A stretch of DNA of 20,000 nucleotides from an uncultured virus (IMG/VR IMGVR_UViG_3300032316_001177) (IMGVR_UViG_3300032316_001177); one strand, 5' to 3'; positions 1-5,410 are shown, numbered from the stretch's first letter. Notes: generated by a model not told the origin, from the letters alone. Made by a program: numbers and translations.

Positions 1-1
1 G

Positions 2-238
2 TTTTGTAGATGTCACCAGCTTTATGTCCACCTGGGGAGTCAATAGAACAAGTGGGGTCAACGTCGTACTGGGTGAGACCGTCTTCTTTTGAGACGGGAT
101 CGTAGTCGAGGATTTTAGCAATGATTTGCTGTTCTGGTAAGAGTGCCATAGGATTGGAAAAATGATTGTAAGAAAAGAATAGATGAGAGCAATGATGATT
201 GTAATTAGATCATCATTATGGTCTTGTTGTTTAATCAT
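2..238 (-). CDS. Hypothetical membrane protein, truncated by the window edge (MIKQQDHNDDLITIIIALIYSFLTIIFPILW...)
   Basis: Manual translation. The ATG at 238 overlaps the end of the upstream ORF, the frame is open to the window edge, and there is one hydrophobic segment. Competes with the 3..149 frame. Confidence 0.45.
   Translation of the reverse strand, partial: MIKQQDHNDDLITIIIALIYSFLTIIFPILWHSYQNSKSLLKSSTTIPSQKKTVSPSTTLTPLVLLTPQVDIKLVTSTK
3..149 (-). CDS. Hypothetical protein, truncated by the window edge (MALLPEQQIIAKILDYDPVSKEDGLTQY...)
   Basis: Manual translation. Open from ATG 149 to the edge with globular-like composition; nested in a different frame within 2..238. Confidence 0.5.
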   Translation of the reverse strand, partial: MALLPEQQIIAKILDYDPVSKEDGLTQYDVDPTCSIDSPGGHKAGDIYK

Positions 239-392
239 AATTTGGTGGCGGAGGAAAGTTAGTAGTTGGGAATTTGTCTACACCATCCCATTCATTTTGT
301 TCTGATTCACGCATTGCTAACTCTTGTTCGTCTGCAATGTCTGCCAGTGCGTCAAGCATGTCAGCAGTGTAAGGTTGATCAAATGAGTTCAT
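231..392 (-). CDS. Small acidic hypothetical protein, 53 aa (MNSFDQPYTADMLDALADIADEQELAMRESEQNEWDG...)
   Basis: Manual translation, below the ORF-track cutoff. Fills the gap directly after 404..616. Confidence 0.75.
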   Translation of the reverse strand: MNSFDQPYTADMLDALADIADEQELAMRESEQNEWDGVDKFPTTNFPPPPNYD

Positions 393-403
393 TTGTACTG
401 TAG

Positions 404-616
404 TCAGGAGGATACAATTCTAAAGAAACCGACAGTATTACCATTGATATCTTTTAAGTTTAAAGAATTAGAAGCAAGAGAAAGATGTTTTGGATGGTTA
501 ACTAATTTATCTGATAGTTCATCTAGAATTCGCGCTACTTCATTAGCTTGGTCTGTGTAGGTAATGCCAAAAGCATCGTTATCTACAGAGATAGAAATTT
601 CTATGGAGTGAGCCAT
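404..616 (-). CDS. Small phage hypothetical protein
   Basis: The pattern DNDAF...EVARIL...L.D.NGN.VG resembles, from memory, a widespread uncharacterised small phage protein. Fits the tightly packed gene array. Confidence 0.85.
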   Translation of the reverse strand: MAHSIEISISVDNDAFGITYTDQANEVARILDELSDKLVNHPKHLSLASNSLNLKDINGNTVGFFRIVSS

Positions 617-626
617 TGTTGTGTTG

Positions 627-851
627 TTACTGGGGTAAGGTTAAATTGGTAGGTCCTTCTAATACCTTCCTAGATATACAAAATTTAGAAGTTCCAGTAA
701 TATGTTCAACAGTAATAATTTTGTTAAGTAGGACGTTGCAATACTTGTTGACGTTTTGATTTACTACGTATTGAAGTCCATTAAATAGAACAAAAGCAAG
801 TGCAAAACCAGATACTACCAAGGATAACCCTGAGTAAGGTTGATACTTCAT
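627..851 (-). CDS. Membrane-anchored two-cysteine small protein; likely paralogue of 3904..4098
   Basis: ATG 851 (MKYQPYSG) avoids overlap with the upstream gene. N-terminal hydrophobic helix and a C...G-x4-CI-x-[RK]K pattern. Confidence 0.8.
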   Translation of the reverse strand: MKYQPYSGLSLVVSGFALAFVLFNGLQYVVNQNVNKYCNVLLNKIITVEHITGTSKFCISRKVLEGPTNLTLPQ

Positions 852-871
852 TTGAAATTTGCAGTGTGAAG

Positions 872-1192
872 TTACTGGTAAAATTCTGAATCGCAACTTG
901 TCAATATAAAGTACAGTTGAAACATTTCTGGCATTTCATCAGTTTCAAGTTCTCTTTTAGCGACAATACCTCCTGATGAACATGTGTATTCTTGTTTTGA
1001 AGTGTTTTTCAGTGTCTGCATTAAAAGATAAGAAGCTGTTGCTTTTAATTCAGCAATGGAAGGAACTTTTAATTGATTATTTTCATTATTCCAAACCCAA
1101 TCAAGGGTTGTCATAGTTAGGTGAACTTTTTCAAAATTAAAGTTGGCAATAACATAATCTATTTTGTTGATTTGTTCAGAAGAGATTTGCAT
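872..1192 (-). CDS. Phage hypothetical protein, 106 aa
   Basis: Start moved from 1297 to ATG 1192, which follows a C/A-rich leader like neighbouring genes. FNFEKVH..M..LDWVW...PSIAELK resembles a common phage family. Confidence 0.85.
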   Translation of the reverse strand: MQISSEQINKIDYVIANFNFEKVHLTMTTLDWVWNNENNQLKVPSIAELKATASYLLMQTLKNTSKQEYTCSSGGIVAKRELETDEMPEMFQLYFILTSCDSEFYQ

Positions 1193-1221
1193 TGTTGTTG
1201 GTGGTAGTGGGACAGGTTGGA

Positions 1222-1253
1222 AAAGGCATAGATTTATTAAGTCGTATGCCTTT
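1222..1253 (-). other. Intergenic hairpin (terminator-like or processing site)
   Basis: AAAGGCATA ... TATGCCTTT 9-bp inverted repeat just after the stop of 1263..1496. Confidence 0.5.
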
Positions 1254-1262
1254 ATGCAGATT

Positions 1263-1496
1263 TTAGTCAGCAGCCAACGGCTTCCATGATAGATCAAGAT
1301 CTCGCTTTTGACGATAACCTTGTCCTATTAGGAGGTTGACGCTTTTGCGAATAACGTTGATGGGCGCTTCAAGCTTTATGTATTGAGAACGTTTCTCAAG
1401 AACGTTTACTCTTAACATTTCTGCGAAGTCACCACGGATGGTGATTAGATAACCGTCGTTATCTTTTTGATAGAGGAAAGAATGATCTTGGCGCAT
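1263..1496 (-). CDS. Hypothetical protein, 77 aa
   Basis: ORF track; preceded by the shared TCCTTTGCACAA leader motif. Confidence 0.8.
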   Translation of the reverse strand: MRQDHSFLYQKDNDGYLITIRGDFAEMLRVNVLEKRSQYIKLEAPINVIRKSVNLLIGQGYRQKRDLDLSWKPLAAD

Positions 1497-1519
1497 GGTT
1501 TTTGTGCAAAGGAGTGGAA

Positions 1520-1577
1520 CGAAGCAAGCTTAAATACAAACTTGATTCACAAAACAAAAAGATGTTTAAGCGAAGCA
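1520..1577 (-). promoter_or_regulatory. Repeated hairpin + GTAYTTAA..TGCTTCG motif, copy 1 (candidate phage-specific promoter or operator)
   Basis: Aligns over about 55 bp with 3512-3568 and partly with 4496-4524. Confidence 0.55.
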
Positions 1578-1595
1578 AGTTATTTGGTTTGGTAT

Positions 1596-1844
1596 TTATT
1601 GAGGAGAATTAATTGGTTTGGGTTGATCTTCACTACAGTATTTAGCAATTTCTTTTAGTACGGAAGGATCTACCAGGTTGGTTAGATCGCCATCATTTAT
1701 ATCTGGTGAGATTAGGTTAGCAAGTTTCCGTCTGTTGTTACTGATAAGTTCTTTGATGTTGTCTTTCTGGTTGTCATTTAGTTTTGACCAGATGAGGAAA
1801 GCGGACCCAGTGGCAATTAAGGAGGTGGAAAGGAAACGAAACAT
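1596..1844 (-). CDS. Hypothetical protein with hydrophobic N-terminus, 82 aa
   Basis: ORF track; fits the minus-strand gene array. Confidence 0.75.
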   Translation of the reverse strand: MFRFLSTSLIATGSAFLIWSKLNDNQKDNIKELISNNRRKLANLISPDINDGDLTNLVDPSVLKEIAKYCSEDQPKPINSPQ

Positions 1845-1912
1845 TTGAATGGTGAAGAGGAAGAAATTTATTTATATGGAAATATAAAGAAAACCTTAAG
1901 ACCATTCAATAT

Positions 1913-2140
1913 TTATCTAGTTACGCTTATGCCATTAAGCTTCATGTTTACACTATTTACCCATAATTTTGCTGTTTCATATTCGTTACTAAATCTTTTT
2001 GAATTATTTAAAGTCTTCATTGCTCTAAGTCGAGCAGAGTTGGCTAATGCTATTCGATCAAACAATGTCAAATACATGTTGCTTTCTGGACTAGACATTA
2101 GATAAATGCAATTGGATTTTAAAGTTAAAGTGGTCCTCAT
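1913..2140 (-). CDS. Hypothetical protein (true start may be ATG 2098)
   Basis: ORF track; fits the array. Confidence 0.7.
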   Translation of the reverse strand: MRTTLTLKSNCIYLMSSPESNMYLTLFDRIALANSARLRAMKTLNNSKRFSNEYETAKLWVNSVNMKLNGISVTR

Positions 2141-2151
2141 TTGAGAACCAC

Positions 2152-2175
2152 AGAAAAGGGATCCGTAGATCCCTT
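2152..2175 (-). terminator. Intrinsic terminator after ssb
   Basis: Minus strand AAGGGATC-TACG-GATCCCTT-TTCT: 8-bp stem with a c(UACG)g UNCG tetraloop and a short U tract. Confidence 0.75.
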
Positions 2176-2186
2176 AAGTGTGATTG

Positions 2187-2597
2187 TCAAATAGAAGCCA
2201 GTAAGAGGTTATCTTCCTGGAGGTTAAGTTGATCATCAGTTGGTCTGTTAGTACCAGCTGCTTCTTCAGCTCGCTTGGCAGTACTGATTTTACCAAGGCG
2301 GATTGTAGTAATCGAAGTTACCACAATTTCCATACGGCTTAAGTACTTACCTTCTTTATCTTGCCAAGTTGTATAACGCAGTCGGTAGGTTATACCAACT
2401 GTGTCGCCTTGGTTGTATTTATCGGCGATACTCTTTCCTACACCGTTGTAAGCAGTGAGAGGAATAGCAGAATCGCCATCACGTGCATCAACTGGAGCAA
2501 CACGGAATTGTGTCACATCTAGTTGATCATTGGGTTGACGGTAGTTAATTTCAGATACGATTGTACCGATCAAGTTACCGTTGTTAGCAGAGGACAT
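2187..2597 (-). CDS. ssb: Single-stranded DNA-binding protein (OB fold)
   Basis: Bacterial-type SSB pattern: N..NLIG.I, F.VA, GD.V.I.YRL...TWQDKEG....MEIV, plus an acidic C-terminal tail. Confidence 0.85.
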   Translation of the reverse strand: MSSANNGNLIGTIVSEINYRQPNDQLDVTQFRVAPVDARDGDSAIPLTAYNGVGKSIADKYNQGDTVGITYRLRYTTWQDKEGKYLSRMEIVVTSITTIRLGKISTAKRAEEAAGTNRPTDDQLNLQEDNLLLASI

Positions 2598-2619
2598 AGC
2601 TTTTGTGCAAAGGAATAGT

Positions 2620-2649
2620 GCAGCATCCTGTCCCAGGCTGCAATTGGGA
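2620..2649 (-). ncRNA. H-type pseudoknot, family B, in the ssb leader
   Basis: TCCCA att GCAGC c TGGGA caggat GCTGC; covaries with the copy at 4462-4491. Confidence 0.75.
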
Positions 2650-2670
2650 TAAACAAATAATTTTTAATCG

Positions 2671-2868
2671 TTAGCAGACGAAATCCTGATAACAATCACT
2701 AAGTACTGTTTGTAATTCTTTAACGCCAGTAGGCATCTCTTTCAAAGTAACTACATCTACTTGGCACCACTCATTCCTTTTAAGAACTTCAAAATGAACT
2801 TGTGTGGACTGACCGTTGTACCAAGTAACGCGATGAGTTGGAAAGCATTCGGGAGACCAGGAAAGCAT
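2671..2868 (-). CDS. Hypothetical protein, 65 aa
   Basis: ORF track; start lies 1 nt after the upstream stop. Confidence 0.8.
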   Translation of the reverse strand: MLSWSPECFPTHRVTWYNGQSTQVHFEVLKRNEWCQVDVVTLKEMPTGVKELQTVLSDCYQDFVC

Positions 2869-2869
2869 G

Positions 2870-3184
2870 TTACTTTAAAGTTGTGCAGTGCCTATCTCTG
2901 CGGGCGGCTTTAATCTTTTGACGGGCTATTGAAACCCAATCACGTTGACGTATGTATTTAATAATGCCTTTGATTTCACTTAGTGTTAAGTGACCAGTTG
3001 GCTCAGACATTCCTTCAAACCACACTTCATAAGTAGGTTCTTGTCCTGGATTGTTAGCTGCCATTAATCCTGAACCTCTTGGTCCAGTAACAATGGATAT
3101 CTCACCAATCATTTCATCGATGTAAACCAAGTGATAACCACCTGGAACACTTGGATGTTCCTTCCAACCTTTGGTTAGATCCAT
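2870..3184 (-). CDS. Hypothetical protein, 104 aa
   Basis: ORF track; GAGG upstream of the ATG. Confidence 0.8.
   Translation of the reverse strand: MDLTKGWKEHPSVPGGYHLVYIDEMIGEISIVTGPRGSGLMAANNPGQEPTYEVWFEGMSEPTGHLTLSEIKGIIKYIRQRDWVSIARQKIKAARRDRHCTTLK
2881..2908 (-). ncRNA. Family A hairpin/pseudoknot, copy 1 (inside the 3' end of 2870..3184, ahead of ATG 2868)
   Basis: GCC gccc GCAG agatAGGCa CTGC acaa. Confidence 0.6.
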
Positions 3185-3198
3185 GAGGATACCTCAAT

Positions 3199-3231
3199 GT
3201 GTGCAGGTGCCCATCTCCTGCGGACTAGGCA
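3199..3231 (-). ncRNA. Family A hairpin/pseudoknot, copy 2
   Basis: TGCCT agtcc GCAGG agatGGGCa CCTGC acac. Confidence 0.7.
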
Positions 3232-3280
3232 ATAACTGGACCAGGGTTTGCACCTGGTCACCCGCTTGTACGGATCAGTT
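3228..3280 (-). ncRNA. tRNA-top-half-like T-loop three-way junction, copy 1
   Basis: AACTG a TCCGT acaa GCGGG t GACCAGG tgcaaac CCTGGTC CAGTT attgcc. Confidence 0.75.
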
Positions 3281-3427
3281 TTCTACTGAAGTCCATAAAT
3301 CATGAAACGCTTTTACAAGCGCTTCTTGATAGGACAAACCTGAATCCTCGTGCATATCTGATGCAGAGGAGTGCAAACTTTCAAGAACGCAAATGATTTG
3401 CTCTTGAGTCAGCTTTCCAAGTTCCAT
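3275..3427 (-). CDS. Small hypothetical protein, 50 aa (MELGKLTQEQIICVLESLHSSASDMHEDSGLSYQEALVKAFHDLWTSVEN)
   Basis: Manual translation; GGAG Shine-Dalgarno 7 nt before the ATG. Confidence 0.8.
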   Translation of the reverse strand: MELGKLTQEQIICVLESLHSSASDMHEDSGLSYQEALVKAFHDLWTSVEN

Positions 3428-3440
3428 GGATTTTCTCCAC

Positions 3441-3468
3441 GTGTGCGGTGCCTATCTCCGCTGGAGGC
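3441..3468 (-). ncRNA. Family A hairpin/pseudoknot, copy 3
   Basis: GCCT cca GCGG agatAGGCa CCGC acac. Confidence 0.7.
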
Positions 3469-3480
3469 GTGTGTGTTGGG

Positions 3481-3494
3481 CAGGCCGAAGCCTG
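3481..3494 (-). other. c(UUCG)g tetraloop hairpin
   Basis: Minus strand CAGGC-TTCG-GCCTG. Confidence 0.7.
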
Positions 3495-3511
3495 TTGGGT
3501 GAATTGTCCAT

Positions 3512-3568
3512 CGAAGCAAGTTAAATACATAACTTACTCAATAAAACCAACAAGACGTTAAAACGTAG
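3512..3568 (-). promoter_or_regulatory. Repeated hairpin + GTAYTTAA..TGCTTCG motif, copy 2
   Basis: Similar to 1520-1577; AAGTTA/TAACTT inverted repeat. Confidence 0.55.
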
Positions 3569-3572
3569 TGTT

Positions 3573-3626
3573 GGCAATAACTGAGGGAGGCATTGCACCT
3601 CCCTGACCGCTTAAACGGATTCAGCT
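3573..3626 (-). ncRNA. tRNA-top-half-like T-loop three-way junction, copy 2
   Basis: AGCTGA at CCGT ttaa GCGG tca GGGAGG tgcaatg CCTCCC TCAGTT attgcc. Confidence 0.75.
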
Positions 3627-3826
3627 TTGAACAGTTCAGCAACTGCTCGTTTTACTCTGGGTCGCGTTGCAAGGTATGCAACACCTGCTAATACAGCAGC
3701 AACTGTTGCTTTAACTACCAAGTGTTTTGAATCCATATTGAATTCAGCTGGTGAAACTGCTTGTGCGGTAGCTTCTGCTGTTGCTTCTGCAACAAAAAAA
3801 GCGTCTTCTGGATAAATAGTAAACAT
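3611..3826 (-). CDS. Ala-rich small membrane protein
   Basis: ATG 3826 preferred over the TTG at 3832; hydrophobic segment followed by basic residues. Confidence 0.75.
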   Translation of the reverse strand: MFTIYPEDAFFVAEATAEATAQAVSPAEFNMDSKHLVVKATVAAVLAGVAYLATRPRVKRAVAELFKAESV

Positions 3827-3903
3827 GTTCAATTAGGTTGAATTGGTTTAAGTGCAGAAGAACTCTGCAGAAATCCATCAGTAGTGATGGATAAGTGCAA
3901 AAA

Positions 3904-4098
3904 TCAGTTGTACTTCTTATTTATGCAATACAATCCATGTCCTGCTGGAGATTTAATGACAACCAAATGATGAGTTGGCCTGGATGCGCAACTGTTTACT
4001 GCTAAAGTGTTCGATATTTTCTGCACAGGTATAAGAAGTAACATGCCACTTACGATACCTATTCCGATAGCTGCGAAAGAATTTGTTAGTTCGTTCAT
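3904..4098 (-). CDS. Membrane-anchored two-cysteine small protein; likely paralogue of 627..851
   Basis: N-terminal hydrophobic helix; Q-x3-N-x6-C...G-x4-CI-x-KK. Confidence 0.8.
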   Translation of the reverse strand: MNELTNSFAAIGIGIVSGMLLLIPVQKISNTLAVNSCASRPTHHLVVIKSPAGHGLYCINKKYN

Positions 4099-4140
4099 GA
4101 TTAATAAAGACAGGGTGAATTGGTGTATGCCACTAAGTGT

Positions 4141-4194
4141 GGCAATTGCTGAAGGAGGACTTAAACCTCCTTGCTGGTCTGATTACCAGTCAGC
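4141..4194 (-). ncRNA. tRNA-top-half-like T-loop three-way junction, copy 3
   Basis: GCTGA CTGGT aatcag ACCAG ca AGGAGG tttaagt CCTCCT TCAGC aattgcc. Confidence 0.75.
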
Positions 4195-4440
4195 TTCTAG
4201 CTCAAGCTGATGCTTAAGCCATTTGATCAGATCCTTATTATTGGAGATGATCTTGTTAGCAACCACAATGAAGGGTTGCATGTTATCTGTACCTAAATCC
4301 AAAAATGTTTCAAATGCATTCAAGAATTCAAGTCGGAATTGTTCCAGCTCACGATCAACCAAAGGTCGGTGTTCACTGGAATCTCTGCGTGCCAGGAGTC
4401 TTAAATCCTGGAGCATGTTATACACAGCGGTGGTGGACAT
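4183..4440 (-). CDS. Hypothetical protein, first gene of the leftward array (MSTTAVYNMLQDLRLLARR...)
   Basis: Start moved from 4515 to ATG 4440, because 4447-4491 duplicates the untranslated leader of ssb. Confidence 0.8.
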   Translation of the reverse strand: MSTTAVYNMLQDLRLLARRDSSEHRPLVDRELEQFRLEFLNAFETFLDLGTDNMQPFIVVANKIISNNKDLIKWLKHQLELEADW

Positions 4441-4461
4441 AACTGTTGTGCAAAGGAATAA

Positions 4462-4491
4462 ACAGCATCTAAGGCCAGGCTGTAATTGGCC
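4462..4491 (-). ncRNA. H-type pseudoknot, family B, second copy
   Basis: GGCCA att ACAGC c TGGCC ttagat GCTGT. Confidence 0.75.
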
Positions 4492-4495
4492 GAAA

Positions 4496-4524
4496 CGAAG
4501 CAGACTTAAGTACAAAATTAAGTC
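4496..4524 (-). promoter_or_regulatory. Repeated hairpin + GTAYTTAA..TGCTTCG motif, copy 3
   Basis: GACTTAA ttttgtac TTAAGTC tgcttcg. Confidence 0.5.
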
Positions 4525-4718
4525 ATTAAATAAATAAAATATTAAGGTGCAAAAAGATTAATTCTTGTTAGAATTGGAAGCAGTTAAGAGAACTGTTTAT
4601 AAGGTTATTTCTGAGATATACCCCTAGAAACAATTACCTATCACTGAGTAGTATTAAATACAAAAATAAATTCCTGAATAAATACAAGTCTTATGCAACA
4701 AACGACTGCAGTTTAAAA

Positions 4719-4779
4719 TAGGAATAAAGCAAGAAAAAAATAGGAATAAAGCAAGAAAAAAACAGGAATAAAACAGAAG
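4719..4779 (+). repeat. 22-bp tandem repeat, two exact copies plus a degenerate partial third
   Basis: TAGGAATAAAGCAAGAAAAAAA at 4719 and 4741; CAGGAATAAAACAGAAG at 4763. Confidence 0.9.
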
Positions 4780-4943
4780 TTAAGCAGTGATAAAACAAAA
4801 TATTCAATTTTAGTATTCCACAGGTCCTGCCGAAAATTTTTTAACGCGCCACCTTCCATCTGACGCTATAGGTGAGAGTGATTGCGGTGGAAGGGATTAT
4901 AAGGGAGAGTAAGGGTATGTGGCGTATAAACTAAGGAATGGGG

Positions 4944-4952
4944 ATTATAACA
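4944..4952 (-). promoter_or_regulatory. Extended -10 promoter (TGtTATAAT) facing the leftward genes; second TATAAT at 4896-4901
   Basis: Perfect TGnTATAAT on the minus strand; TTATAATCCC occurs twice (4893-4902, 4941-4950). Confidence 0.55.
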
Positions 4953-5410
4953 GGATATATGTAGGATTAAAGGCCCGAAGGCCCTTGTTTAGAAAGAAAT
5001 TTCTGGAGAGTATGGTAATTGTGGACCGAAGTGTAGAGGTATTAGTTCCGATGGTGCGTTGCAGTCAAAATTATCGATGTATTCAAAGTAGTCACCATCG
5101 ATTAATACAATGTCAGCTGTAAACAAATCAAACATGATTAAAACGCAGCAGGTGAAATACAAATCCTGCTATACCCATCGAATAAATCCATCAATCGCAG
5201 CAGGTAGTAACCTATCGCAACCTACTAAACATCTAACACAACACACCTACCCACCCAGAACTTCTTTTTTTGTTTCAGCTCGCTTCCTCTCGCTGTAGTT
5301 GTCTGATACCTGCCGGGTTTTTTACCCCAAATAACAGTTTTTTAGGCGCCGATAGGGTTACAAGCATATTTATAGAGCTTAAAATCAATAATATTGAAGA
5401 ATTACATAAA

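Noticed and set aside
2..238. Nested left-edge frames as an Rz/Rz1 spanin pair
   Set aside because: The inner frame lacks a signal peptide and lipobox, and the context is the early region.
1143..1153. TTGGCAATAAC matching the tail of the T-loop elements
   Set aside because: Inside a CDS with none of the stems nearby; treated as chance.
3228..4194. T-loop elements as true tRNA genes
   Set aside because: They are only about 47 nt, with no anticodon arm and no canonical D-loop, and they overlap coding ends.
2620..4491. Pseudoknots and junctions as known self-cleaving ribozymes or riboswitches
   Set aside because: I see no hammerhead CUGANGA/GAAA core and no HDV, twister, preQ1 or SAM-II consensus by eye; an Rfam scan is needed to exclude them formally.
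1467..4537. Plus-strand ORFs 1467, 1845, 3627, 4007 and 4223
   Set aside because: Antisense shadows of a coherent minus-strand gene array.
4719..4779. 22-bp repeats as a CRISPR array
   Set aside because: They are tandem with no spacers, and no cas genes are present.
4713..4859. 48-aa hydrophobic minus-strand ORF (MEGGALKNF...)
   Set aside because: Its hydrophobicity comes from reading the T-rich repeat and there is no RBS; probably spurious.
4919..5298. ORFs 4919..5122 and 5110..5298
   Set aside because: Short, atypical composition, lying in a repeat-rich regulatory region; not supported.
5270..5410. TTG-initiated N-terminal extension of the 814-aa ORF
   Set aside because: Atypical composition with T-tracts; ATG 5411 has a leader like the other late genes.
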